Part shown: positions 7,801-18,030 of the stretch, in pieces | Layout of the letters: every line of letters starts with the position of its first letter | Position numbering within the stretch: the first letter of the stretch is position 1 | From: a virus | Taxonomy: Duplodnaviria > Caudoviricetes | Virus record (IMG/VR): IMGVR_UViG_3300020044_006693 | Span: 1-32,731 of that record | Length of the DNA stretch: 32,731 nucleotides | Direction: 5' to 3' (one strand) | Made by a program: the position numbers and the translations under genes | The notes under the pieces: generated by a model | Told to the model about the DNA's origin: nothing | Databases searched by the model: none | The model's input: the letters and a program-made list of their open reading frames with translations, nothing else

Positions 7801-9978
7801 ATGGGAATGAAGATAGTCCAAACTAACTTCTCATCGGGAGAGATCGGCCCCCTCATGGACATGCGCCATGACACAGGGGCATACCAGAATGGCGCTCGCC
7901 GTCTTCGCAATGTCTCAGTTCTTAATCAGGGTGGTATCACTCGCCGTCCTGGAACGGAATATCTTGCGACACTGAATGGCCGCACCCGCCTTATTCCATT
8001 CGAGTTCTCAAGCACTGAGCAATATATCTTTGCTTTTGGCGATCAGCGACTTGATATCTACTCGACCGCTGGCTCATTGATCCAGAGCATTACCAGTTGC
8101 CCATGGACTTCATCGATCTTGTTCTCGATGACCTATTCTCAGGCGGCTGACGTTATGATCCTCTGCTCGCCTCAGATGGCGACACAGGTTATTCGTCGTA
8201 CAAGTTCCACGACATTTACTCGGACGGCTTTTGCTTTTTCCAAGGCAGTCAATGAGGAACTGATCTATCAGCCATACTATAAGTTTGCCGATGATGCGAT
8301 CACCCTGTCTGCTTCTGGCACAACAGGAAGTGTCACCCTGACAACGAGCGCAGCTTTCTTCACGGCTGGCTATGTTGGAACGCGAGTACGCTGGTTTGGC
8401 ATTGAGATTGAGATCACAGCCTATACCAATTCAACTACAGTCACAGGAACCGTCAAGGGCGAACTTCGCGGAACCTATGATATTGATCCGCTCAAGACAA
8501 CCGATGGTAATTCTGAGGTTGAGGTCTTGCATGTGAACCATGGATTTGTCACTGGCACTTCTGTGACATTATCGGGCATCAATGCTTTTGCTGGTCTGAC
8601 CAAGGCGCATCTGAATGGAACCTTTACCATCACGGTTATAAACGACAATGTTTATAAATATACCGCTGGCGGTACAGCCAATGCTTCTGCCGATGGTGGT
8701 GGTCCAAACGCCCATTTCTCTGGGAATAATCTGCCGACCCGTAATTGGGACGAGCCAGCCTTTTCGACTGTCCGTGGTTATCCTGGCTGCGTGACATTCC
8801 ATGAAGGCCGTCTGTGGTTTGGTGGATCTTACTCCCAGCCAGATAGTCTTTGGTCTTCGAAGATCGGTGAGTTTTTTAACTTCTTCGTTGGCGAAGGTCT
8901 TGATAACGAATCGATCCAGGTCTCTGTAGGTTCGGATGATATCTCATCCGTCCTTCATTTGATTTCGAATCGTCATCTTCAGATCTTCACAGCGACTTCC
9001 GAGTTCTATGTTCCTCGTATATCGCAGTCCACGATCACGCCGGGTAACATCACAATTGCTCGCCAGACACCTTATGGCTGCTCGTCTGTCTTGCCGCTGC
9101 CCTTCGATGGTGCAACCGTCTATCTACAGGCAACGCGCAGCGCGATCCGAGAGTTCCTCTATACGGATACGGAACAAGCTTATAGCGCCCCGATGCTGAC
9201 GCTTCTGGCTGACCATCTGATCGATACGCCACATGACATGAACATCTTGTTTGGTACGGAAGATCGTCCCGAGCAGTATCTTCTTGTCGTGAATAATGAT
9301 GGCACGATTGCTTGTTTCCACTCTGCCAGATCTGAACGCCTTGCTGCATGGTCTCTCTGGGAGACAGAGCATCCATCTAATACTGCAAAGTTCGATGCGC
9401 TCGTCTCGATGGGCAATCGGATGTATATCTCGGTGCTTCGCGGCTCGTCCTATTATCTTGAGCGCATGGCAAAGAATGATTTGGAACTGACGCTCGACTG
9501 CGCCAAGAGTTATACCAATGGCTCGGCCACAAAGAACTGGACCATCAACTCCATCTATGCGAACCGAACCGTCTCGGTTGTCTCTAATAATTATTATCTT
9601 GGAGACTATGCCTGTAATGGTTCAGGACAGATTGTGCTTAATGATGAAGTGACCAGCATCACGGTTGGTTTCAACTATGATGTGACCATCGAGACGTTGC
9701 CGGTTAATGCAATCCTGCCATCAGGCAATTACTCTGGCCGTCCAAAGCGGATTGCTCGTGTTATCCTTGCTTTGAACTCTAGCCTTTCGGTCAATGTTCA
9801 GGGCAATCGTCTTATCATTCGACAGGTTACGGATGACTTTTCATTGCAGCCAACGGCTGTCACCGGCAAGCGAGAGTTCTTCTTGCTAGGTTTCAATCGA
9901 GATGCCACCGTCACTATCACACAGTCTGAACCCCTGCCTTTGAGAATACTCGGCATGGCTCTGGAGGTATCGATCTAA
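7801..9978 (+). CDS. Tail tubular protein B / nozzle (T7 gp12-like)
   Basis: QTNFSSGEI, GGITRRPGT, LIPFEFS, GYPGCVTFHEGRLWFGG, PLPLRIL C-terminus. Confidence 0.9.
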   Translation: MGMKIVQTNFSSGEIGPLMDMRHDTGAYQNGARRLRNVSVLNQGGITRRPGTEYLATLNGRTRLIPFEFSSTEQYIFAFGDQRLDIYSTAGSLIQSITSCPWTSSILFSMTYSQAADVMILCSPQMATQVIRRTSSTTFTRTAFAFSKAVNEELIYQPYYKFADDAITLSASGTTGSVTLTTSAAFFTAGYVGTRVRWFGIEIEITAYTNSTTVTGTVKGELRGTYDIDPLKTTDGNSEVEVLHVNHGFVTGTSVTLSGINAFAGLTKAHLNGTFTITVINDNVYKYTAGGTANASADGGGPNAHFSGNNLPTRNWDEPAFSTVRGYPGCVTFHEGRLWFGGSYSQPDSLWSSKIGEFFNFFVGEGLDNESIQVSVGSDDISSVLHLISNRHLQIFTATSEFYVPRISQSTITPGNITIARQTPYGCSSVLPLPFDGATVYLQATRSAIREFLYTDTEQAYSAPMLTLLADHLIDTPHDMNILFGTEDRPEQYLLVVNNDGTIACFHSARSERLAAWSLWETEHPSNTAKFDALVSMGNRMYISVLRGSSYYLERMAKNDLELTLDCAKSYTNGSATKNWTINSIYANRTVSVVSNNYYLGDYACNGSGQIVLNDEVTSITVGFNYDVTIETLPVNAILPSGNYSGRPKRIARVILALNSSLSVNVQGNRLIIRQVTDDFSLQPTAVTGKREFFLLGFNRDATVTITQSEPLPLRILGMALEVSI

Positions 9979-10487
9979 TGTGCGAACCCATTTCATTCCT
10001 CATTGCATCTACCTTGATATCGAGCGTAGGTGGTTTTGTAAGCGCCTCTGGTCAGGCCGCAGCTGCTCAATCGGAAGCAGAGTGGCGCAATTACCAACTT
10101 GATATTCAAAACCGTCAACTTGCAGAAGATGCCGAGCTTACTCGTATCCAAGCACTTGAGGTTGAGAATAAAAGGCTGGATCAGAATCGTCGCCTTCGTG
10201 CCGCCAATGAAGCCTTCTTGGCTGGATCTGGCGTTGGTGAAAGCCGTTCTTTTTTGCAGGGTGTAGAACCCCAGGGCGAACGTGCCTTGCGTTCTGATGT
10301 GGCCTCGCTTCGTCTTCAGTCTGCAACTCAGATCAACCGCATTGCGGATCAGATCGCGGTGAACAAAGCAGAAGGCCAGTTTGCTCGCGGTAGTGCAGCT
10401 ATGGCCGGAAACATTGCTTACACGAATGCCGCCTTCAATGCTGCGGGAAGCATTGCGCGTGGTGCATATCTTTACAAGATAAGGTAA
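9978..10487 (+). CDS. Internal virion protein (gp14-like)
   Basis: MCEP start, hydrophobic N-terminus, Ala/Gln-rich coiled coil, AGSGV; synteny. Confidence 0.75.
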   Translation: MCEPISFLIASTLISSVGGFVSASGQAAAAQSEAEWRNYQLDIQNRQLAEDAELTRIQALEVENKRLDQNRRLRAANEAFLAGSGVGESRSFLQGVEPQGERALRSDVASLRLQSATQINRIADQIAVNKAEGQFARGSAAMAGNIAYTNAAFNAAGSIARGAYLYKIR

Positions 10488-10493
10488 TCAACG

Positions 10494-13400
10494 ATGGCTA
10501 TCAAAGCTGAAGAACGTCAGGTCGGAACCCAGCCTAGCGGTCGTTTGATTCGCGAGTTCAGAACTCAATTGCCTACGCCAAATCTATCTGGCGTTCAGAA
10601 CTTTGCTGGAGTTCTTGGCGATATTGGCGAGAAGGAAATCATCCGCTCGGCCAAGGAAGAAGCGACTGCCTATGCCAACTCTCTTGAGTTTGGTCGAGAT
10701 GAGAAGGGCAACTTTGTTAAGCCAGTTGCTCCTGAAGAGTTTGGTCCAATCCGTCGAGAGGTCTTCAATGATCTCATCAATCGCCGTTATGTGACTGATG
10801 TTCTTCTCGATCATGATGCAGCTGTTGCTGACATCTATGCGAAGAATAAAGCTGCCGGTGGAGACCCAGGTACTGCATTTGCAAAAGCTCAGGCAGATAT
10901 GACAGGCCGACTTGCTGGTGTTGACCCAGCCAATCGCGCTGTTATCGAACAGTCTATGCGTAAAAATCTGATCCAGTATAATACTGGCGCTGTTTCTCAG
11001 TTTACCACTCAGACCCTTCGATCTGAATTGGTAAACCATGAAAATCAGATCACAGCTTTGTCTGATCGCTATATACGTGCAGCTGCCGCTGGCAATACTG
11101 CGGATGCAGATCTTGCTCGTTCTGAGATTATTACTCGCCGTGATAAGCTCAAAGCTGCGGGTTTCCTTACGCAAGATCCAGAAGCAGATAGAATTTTCTT
11201 TAGTTCGCTGGAGGCGCAGAGCAGCGTTTCTCGACAGCTTAATATCGCGATCAATGATCCTAACCTAGATAGGGCTGCCTATCCTGCCGAACTCAATCGC
11301 TTGCAGCGCATTGTAAAGGGTGAAGCAGCTGATGATGAAACTGCTTTTGGTTTCAAGTCAGCCGACTTTAAGGATGTTGATAGAGCAACTGCCAATCGGA
11401 TTACTCAGGATCTTAGCCAGACGGAAACAAAGTTTCGTCAGCAATATGCTGTGTCTGCCCAGATGCAAAAGATCCAGACGATCCTGTCTGAGACGGCTTC
11501 TGGAAACAGGAACTCAATGTATAGCGCCACGCCTGAGATTCAGGTAATGGCTATTCAGCAGCACATACTGAACTTCAATAAAACACAAAGAGAGTTGGGC
11601 CGACCTGAGATTTTAGATATCTCATCCCCAGAAGGATTGATGGAGATTACCAGACAGTTTGGCATTATCCCTGCCAAATTGTTTGATGGCATCTTCACCA
11701 ACATTAGCACTCGTTCTCCTCAAGATGTTGAAAGAGCTGCTAATGTTTTGAAAAACATTCGCACTCTTCCAGATCAGTCTGGTTTAGGTTCAGCAAGTCA
11801 AGAAGCTAACTTTGGAAGTGCGGAAGACCGTAACTTCCTTGACCATTATATTAATCTTAGGATTGCTCTTGAGCCAGATATGGCTATCAAATCAACCCGT
11901 AAGGTTCTTGATGATCGTAGAGCTGAGATTGCTGCCAAAGGTGCAGAAGCAGTCGCGCTTCAGCAGTATCGTGTTTTCAAAAACAACGATGAATCTAAGA
12001 CGCTGAATGATCTTTATGACGATGTTAAAAGAAGGACTGGCATTCAGATCACAAGATTGCCGCCTGAAGTCAGAGAACAGTTTTCGAAGTCGCTGCCAAA
12101 CTCGATTGCGCTTGCTCAGAGCTTTGAGCAGGGTGTGATAAATGCTGGCCAGTGGTTCAAGCAGAACTACACTATTGATCCAACAAGAACTGAAAGTTCT
12201 TCTCAATTCTATAAAGACAATGCTTATATCCCAAAGGGAGAAGCATTTCCTCTGCCGTCTGATGGAAAGACCCAGCCTGTTTCAAACTGGTTTACCCCAT
12301 ATCTTGGACCGCTGCTTTCCAAATATGCCAAGCAAGGTGTCGATGCTTCTCGTAAAAACGTCGAAGGAACCATCGAGATCGCTGGTATCTCAAAGCCAAT
12401 TGAGATCTCATCTCTCGAACTTGGCAAGAACATCTTCTTCAAGAATACAGGTCAGGCAACCTACAATCCTAGTGTGCCGTGGCATCAACAGGATCAGGTC
12501 AATCCTACGTTCCATATCCTGTATTATGATCCCAAGGTTTCGATGTTCCCAATACCTATCCGTCAGCGACCAACAGCTGATAACCCAACGGGATTACTGA
12601 CATTCGAACCTCATGCGGAAGCGAAGGCTCAACATGATGCCTTTGTTTCGGCTTCGGTTGCGAACAATACTCGGTTGAACCAGTTCGACCGGAATGATGC
12701 TATCTTGCGTCAGCAGCGCCTTCGCACTCAGGCAGCCGCACTTGCTGGTCGTGAGCAGGATATCCCGGCATCTCCTTTGGTTACTCTCAGAAACATCCCT
12801 GAGCCTGTGAAGCCTGTCATGTATGGGCCGAATGGCAAGGCTATTATTACCGAGTCAACGCCAGACAGGCTTGTGACACCTGGAGATATCAGAAATCTGC
12901 GTCAGTCGATTGATCTCTATCGAGCGCCAGATGTTGATAATCTTGTAGCTCCTAAACTTAGGGATTCGCTCCAGCGTTTACAACAACGCTCTAGCTTCGA
13001 CGCATCAGGAACTCCTCCGGCCGAGTTTGTAAATGGCGGTCCTGTCCTGCTTGCCAATAAGCAGACTGTGCAATTGACATCCAAGGATCGCGATCTTCTG
13101 ATCCGTACTGTGATGGCTGAAGCAGGAACCGAACCCGCAGAAGGTAAGGCTGGTGTGGCTTATGTGGTTCTTAATCGATTGGCCAGTGGTCGATTTGGCA
13201 ATGATGTCTATAGCATCTTGACCAAGAAGGATCAGTTTGAGCCGTGGACCAAGAACCCTGAGAAGGTCATGTCATATGGCCCATCAACTCCAGGTTGGAA
13301 GCAGGCAGCAACTATCGTGGATACTATGATTGCTGGTGGCGTCTCTGATCCGACGAATGGAGCGACTCACTTCGCCAATCGCGATATCGTAGAGGCGCGT

Positions 13401-13499
13401 AAGAACATGCGCGCTTTGCGCTGGATCGATACTATGTCAAATCCCACTAAGATCGGACGCCATACCTTTGGTAGTGCTGGTGGGGAAGGAGCATCCTGA
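10494..13499 (+). CDS. Internal virion protein with C-terminal SleB/Hydrolase_2 cell-wall hydrolase domain
   Basis: C-terminus LLIRTVMAEAGTEP..GKAGVAYVVLNR..QFEPW..DPTNGATHF..IGRHTF. Confidence 0.85.
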   Translation: MAIKAEERQVGTQPSGRLIREFRTQLPTPNLSGVQNFAGVLGDIGEKEIIRSAKEEATAYANSLEFGRDEKGNFVKPVAPEEFGPIRREVFNDLINRRYVTDVLLDHDAAVADIYAKNKAAGGDPGTAFAKAQADMTGRLAGVDPANRAVIEQSMRKNLIQYNTGAVSQFTTQTLRSELVNHENQITALSDRYIRAAAAGNTADADLARSEIITRRDKLKAAGFLTQDPEADRIFFSSLEAQSSVSRQLNIAINDPNLDRAAYPAELNRLQRIVKGEAADDETAFGFKSADFKDVDRATANRITQDLSQTETKFRQQYAVSAQMQKIQTILSETASGNRNSMYSATPEIQVMAIQQHILNFNKTQRELGRPEILDISSPEGLMEITRQFGIIPAKLFDGIFTNISTRSPQDVERAANVLKNIRTLPDQSGLGSASQEANFGSAEDRNFLDHYINLRIALEPDMAIKSTRKVLDDRRAEIAAKGAEAVALQQYRVFKNNDESKTLNDLYDDVKRRTGIQITRLPPEVREQFSKSLPNSIALAQSFEQGVINAGQWFKQNYTIDPTRTESSSQFYKDNAYIPKGEAFPLPSDGKTQPVSNWFTPYLGPLLSKYAKQGVDASRKNVEGTIEIAGISKPIEISSLELGKNIFFKNTGQATYNPSVPWHQQDQVNPTFHILYYDPKVSMFPIPIRQRPTADNPTGLLTFEPHAEAKAQHDAFVSASVANNTRLNQFDRNDAILRQQRLRTQAAALAGREQDIPASPLVTLRNIPEPVKPVMYGPNGKAIITESTPDRLVTPGDIRNLRQSIDLYRAPDVDNLVAPKLRDSLQRLQQRSSFDASGTPPAEFVNGGPVLLANKQTVQLTSKDRDLLIRTVMAEAGTEPAEGKAGVAYVVLNRLASGRFGNDVYSILTKKDQFEPWTKNPEKVMSYGPSTPGWKQAATIVDTMIAGGVSDPTNGATHFANRDIVEARKNMRALRWIDTMSNPTKIGRHTFGSAGGEGAS

Positions 13500-16400
13500 T
13501 GGCTGGCATTGAAGATTTTACGGAAGAGTATTTTGCTAGGCAACGTGCTGGCCTCTCAAAGTCTTTCCCGACTGCTCCTGATGCTCTCCGTGTAAGAGAC
13601 CAGAACTTTGTCCAGAACGTCTGGGACGAAATAACGGTTCAGCCATTCTGGAATATGGCATCTCAGACATTTGATGTTCTTGAGAAGTACGATCCTACGT
13701 TCGATCCTCTGACGCCAGAGAACCTAAAAGGCTATGAGCAATACGCTGGTGTTCTTCGTGAGTCGAGGAATGCTGCTCATAACTCAGCAATCAAGGATCG
13801 GATTAAAAGGTTCTCGGAAACAAAGGAGAGGATCGACCAGGAAGGTGGTATCCTTTCTGGCTTCGTATCTGAGATCTTCAATCCTATTAACTATTTGATG
13901 CCTGGCGCTGCGCTTAAGAGAGGCGTTGGCGTTGTAGAAGGCTTTGCTCGTGGCGCTGCTGCGGGTGCGCCCTCTCAATTCCTTGACGAATCCTTGCGTC
14001 AGCGTACAGATCCAACAGCAACTTTAATGGAATCGGGGAGCAATCTGGCCTATGGCCTTGTCTTCTCTGGCCTTCTCGGTAGTGGTGTTGGCTTTCTAAA
14101 GTCAGCAGATGGGTCAATCAAAGGACCGGATATCAATGAAGTTGCTCAGAAGTATGAGCAAGACATGGCTCGGCATAGAGGTGAAGAAGTTGTTTCTTCT
14201 TCTGAGCCACCTATTGCATTGAGGATGGAAGTTCCAAAAGGACTTACTGAAACTGCCGGGTGGAAATTTCATATTGGCATTGATAGCCTTGCAGTTGACA
14301 AAGATGCCTTCACTAAAAAATTGAATGACCTTGGTGTTCAATTTAAGGAAGGATTAAACTCTGGTCAGACAGGAAAAGATTTTACTATCTATCTTGGGAG
14401 CAAAGATTATGCAGATAGTATTGCCAAAGAACTATCACCTTTCGTACAAGGTAAGATTTATGGTGATACTTTAATAGATGATATTGAATTTGCTCCTGGT
14501 ATTGGTGGCAGATTTGATGCAAATGGCGATGTTACTTTTCATCAATATGGAAAGTTTGGTATCCCAATTCTTAAGGACTTGGTAAGAATTGGAGAGGAAA
14601 TAAAATTTAGAGACGAAGATATAAAATTCTCTGAGACAGTTCTTGCAAATAAATATGGAGAATTTTTTACAGGCAAAAAATCTACAGTGTCAAGCGTAGC
14701 TCCTAAAGAGAAGGCCCAATTTGCAACCGGCGTTTATAAACTTGCCGACTCGCTGAGTGGCGTTCTTCGCATTAACTCTTATGGCGACCTGATTACATCT
14801 GGTGTCGGTCGATGGGAAACCTTTGGCCATCGTATGCTAGGTGAGATGGATCTGGTTCTGAATAAGAACAAGCTCGACAAGTTGCCAACAGAAGCCTCGC
14901 TCTATCTTGGCAATGGGATGAACATTGGCGTTGGTGTCGATTACCGCGATAGGCTTAATTCAACCTATGGCGAATACCTTGGTGGTGGTCTGGACCAGAT
15001 GACTGTAGCTGGATTGAATGTTCCAGTGACGGGACGCCGCATTGCTGATGCTGCTCGTGGTATGGTTGGCACTCGCGCCTCCGATGGTCTGATGACCTAT
15101 CCAGAGTTCAAGGATATTATCTATCGCTCTCTCCGCGATGATGGAACAATTGTTGTCCCTGACAAGCGTGTCGATGGGACAATCATCTCTGATCGTGAAC
15201 GCAAGATTATTGAGAAGGGCGCAGAAGATACTGCCGCTTTCTATCGTACTCTTGGTGAACGGTTCACAGAGGCAGGATATCTTCGCACAAAACAGGGTGC
15301 GCTCAAGCAACTTGATACCCACAAGGTTGCTTTGAAAGAACATCAAGATCGTCTAACCGCTTTGTATGGGATTGATAACCCAACTGCAAAGCAATTGGTC
15401 GAGATCGAAGTTCGTCAAGAGGCTATTACTGCCATTGGCGAAAAAATCAGCGAGTTCAATAAGTTCGGCATTCGAGATGAAGATTTCTACCAGGACAAGA
15501 TCAAGAACATTGCGCTGTCTAAAAAGGCAGCACAGGTTCGTGCTGGTGAAAAGCTCGATCAGCTTCGAGAAGATCTAACTGCTCGACGTCTTGATATGGA
15601 AGCAGAACTTAGTGATCTGCTCACTAAAGATCCCGCTGATGTTTCAAGTCGCGACATTAATCGGATGGCCTATCTTGAAGAACGTCTTCGCGATGGCCTT
15701 ACCGATAAGCAACAGGCTTTTATCAAAAGTCTTGAGGCTGCTACCAACAGGAAATATAGCAAGCGTCAGGCTGATTATCTTTATTATCTGATGCAGAAAG
15801 AAGATGAGCTTGCTCAGATCCGCAAGGACATTGATGATGGCGTAGTGTCTTACGAGAACCTTCGTAAGAACTATGTCTCTATTATCTATGATCTGGATGC
15901 TATCGTTGGCGACGAGGCTGGTCCTCAGATCTTTCGAAAGAAAGTGGCTGCCAAGTTCAAGGAAGATTCTGAGAAATCAGGGTTTAGCCGCGAGAAGAAA
16001 GATCTTGCCTATAACCTTGGTGAGGATGAAGCAGATCGTTTTGTAGCAGGGAGAGATGCCCGCGCTATTATGAAGAAGATCCAAGAGCTTGAGGCTCAGC
16101 GTCGAGGTCTTCGTGAAGCTATGGCTCCCGAGGATCTTAAGAAGATCATAGACGAGCAGCGCCGCATTAGGGATGCAGTGTCTGGCCGTATGACAAGAGA
16201 AGAAGCTAAGCTCACGCCAGAAGAGATTGCTGCGGCTCCTGGTCCTAAGTTGGACATTGAGGTTCTTAAGGCTCGGCTGGCTTTCCTTATGGGTCAGAAC
16301 AAGTTGGACCAGATGCCATCTGCTAAACAGGCAGAAGAAATTCAAAAGCTGATTAACGAGCGCGTTAACCAGACAATGAATAACATCCTTCGTCAGGGAG

Positions 16401-17980
16401 AGATGGGCGAACTGTCGGTTGGCACAAGTGGTGGTGCGAGCTTTATGGCTCGTCGCAAACTTGGGTTCTCTCCTCACGAGATTGCTGACTTTACCATTAC
16501 CGATGTCGAGGCTTTGTCGATTGCCTATGCCTCTCGCGCTGGTATGGCTAGCCAGATTACCAAGGCTTATGGATCTCGCGATGCAACCATTGGGATCTAC
16601 AAGGCGCTTGCCGATGGCATCGATGATCTGAAAGGCAATGACTTTGACACATTGATGGGACAGGTCCGTAAGGCCAAGAACTCGATGGACGATGTGCGAG
16701 ACTATGCTCTTGGCGATCAGTGGGCCAAGGATGTGACCGCATGGGATCGTAAGACTGTCCGAGCAATTCTTGATGCTTCGACCGTCAACCTTCTTGATAA
16801 TGCCGTGGTTCCATCCATTGCTGATGCCGTTCGTCCGATCACCACCTTTGGTGTCAGTCGAACCATGGAGTTTGCTTTCAAGGGAATGTTCTCAGATCTT
16901 GATGCTCTTAAGAACATGGGAAAAGAACTGAAGCTATTGACCGGCGAGTTTGGTGAAGTCTCGGGGGCTGCTGCTGCTCACACCTATGTCAATGGTGGTG
17001 GTGTTTCTTCGGCTGGAACCAATTGGGCAACCCGCTCTCTTGATAAGTTCTCTGGCTTTGCCAATGGCCCGTTCTTTATCTTGAACGGTCTATCGATCCT
17101 GACTGAAGTCTTGAAGAAATGGACCGGCCTGATGTCGGCTCATTTCATGATTGAAGATGCTGGCAAGATTGCCAATAAGACGGCAGATGATAAGACCCTG
17201 ACCAATTGGCTGGCTTCTGGCATGTCAGAAGAAGACGCTATCAAGATTGCCAAGCTGGTTGAGAATGGAACTATTGAGCGCCCGAACTATGGTTATTATG
17301 CCAATACGACCAAGTGGGGCGATGATGATCTGGTCAATAAGTTTGCCATTGCGAACCGAGCCCAGATCCGTCGAACCATTGTAACCTCTGGTCCAGCCAA
17401 TAAACCGACCATTGCTCAGGGCTTTATTGGCCAGGGCGATGAGCGCCGTGAGATTGCTCTAGCCCGACTTCCCTTCCAGCTTATGTCCTGGGCGTTTGCT
17501 GCCAATAACAAGATCATGCTCTCGGCCCTTCAGGGCAGGGACGCTAATGTTTTTGGCACAGCTCTTACCCTGGTCGGCATGGGTGGCATTGTCTCCTACC
17601 TGACCACCCCAGATAACATCTGGGAAAAGCTGACCCTCGAAGAAAAGATGCTCCGCTCGACCGAGCGTTCTGGCATCTTTGGTATCTTCACGGACACATC
17701 CTCGATGGTCGAACAGGCTACCCGTGGCCATTATGGCATTCGGCCCATGCTTGGTATGGACCCGCCCTATGGTCAAGCCGATGGCTATCGCCAGTTTACC
17801 CGTATTGCTGGCGCTCCGACTTCCAACTTTGTCGAGCTTTATAAGATCTTCGTAGATCAAGATCTGACGGATCGAGAGAGGGCCAAGTCGGTTATCAACC
17901 TTATACCCTTGACCGGGGCGTTTTATTGGAAAGAAGGCTGGCAACAGCTTGGAAGATCTGCGGCCGATGCTTGGGATTAG
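13499..17980 (+). CDS. Large internal virion (ejection) protein, gp16-like, with inserted AT-rich domain
   Basis: 1493 aa, position between gp15-like gene and tail fibre; C-terminal FQLMSWAFA and hydrophobic segments. Confidence 0.8.
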   Translation: MAGIEDFTEEYFARQRAGLSKSFPTAPDALRVRDQNFVQNVWDEITVQPFWNMASQTFDVLEKYDPTFDPLTPENLKGYEQYAGVLRESRNAAHNSAIKDRIKRFSETKERIDQEGGILSGFVSEIFNPINYLMPGAALKRGVGVVEGFARGAAAGAPSQFLDESLRQRTDPTATLMESGSNLAYGLVFSGLLGSGVGFLKSADGSIKGPDINEVAQKYEQDMARHRGEEVVSSSEPPIALRMEVPKGLTETAGWKFHIGIDSLAVDKDAFTKKLNDLGVQFKEGLNSGQTGKDFTIYLGSKDYADSIAKELSPFVQGKIYGDTLIDDIEFAPGIGGRFDANGDVTFHQYGKFGIPILKDLVRIGEEIKFRDEDIKFSETVLANKYGEFFTGKKSTVSSVAPKEKAQFATGVYKLADSLSGVLRINSYGDLITSGVGRWETFGHRMLGEMDLVLNKNKLDKLPTEASLYLGNGMNIGVGVDYRDRLNSTYGEYLGGGLDQMTVAGLNVPVTGRRIADAARGMVGTRASDGLMTYPEFKDIIYRSLRDDGTIVVPDKRVDGTIISDRERKIIEKGAEDTAAFYRTLGERFTEAGYLRTKQGALKQLDTHKVALKEHQDRLTALYGIDNPTAKQLVEIEVRQEAITAIGEKISEFNKFGIRDEDFYQDKIKNIALSKKAAQVRAGEKLDQLREDLTARRLDMEAELSDLLTKDPADVSSRDINRMAYLEERLRDGLTDKQQAFIKSLEAATNRKYSKRQADYLYYLMQKEDELAQIRKDIDDGVVSYENLRKNYVSIIYDLDAIVGDEAGPQIFRKKVAAKFKEDSEKSGFSREKKDLAYNLGEDEADRFVAGRDARAIMKKIQELEAQRRGLREAMAPEDLKKIIDEQRRIRDAVSGRMTREEAKLTPEEIAAAPGPKLDIEVLKARLAFLMGQNKLDQMPSAKQAEEIQKLINERVNQTMNNILRQGEMGELSVGTSGGASFMARRKLGFSPHEIADFTITDVEALSIAYASRAGMASQITKAYGSRDATIGIYKALADGIDDLKGNDFDTLMGQVRKAKNSMDDVRDYALGDQWAKDVTAWDRKTVRAILDASTVNLLDNAVVPSIADAVRPITTFGVSRTMEFAFKGMFSDLDALKNMGKELKLLTGEFGEVSGAAAAHTYVNGGGVSSAGTNWATRSLDKFSGFANGPFFILNGLSILTEVLKKWTGLMSAHFMIEDAGKIANKTADDKTLTNWLASGMSEEDAIKIAKLVENGTIERPNYGYYANTTKWGDDDLVNKFAIANRAQIRRTIVTSGPANKPTIAQGFIGQGDERREIALARLPFQLMSWAFAANNKIMLSALQGRDANVFGTALTLVGMGGIVSYLTTPDNIWEKLTLEEKMLRSTERSGIFGIFTDTSSMVEQATRGHYGIRPMLGMDPPYGQADGYRQFTRIAGAPTSNFVELYKIFVDQDLTDRERAKSVINLIPLTGAFYWKEGWQQLGRSAADAWD

Positions 17981-18030
17981 TCCATTTCTAACTCATTGAA
18001 TCAGCCCGAAAAGGGTATCAGGAGAGAACC

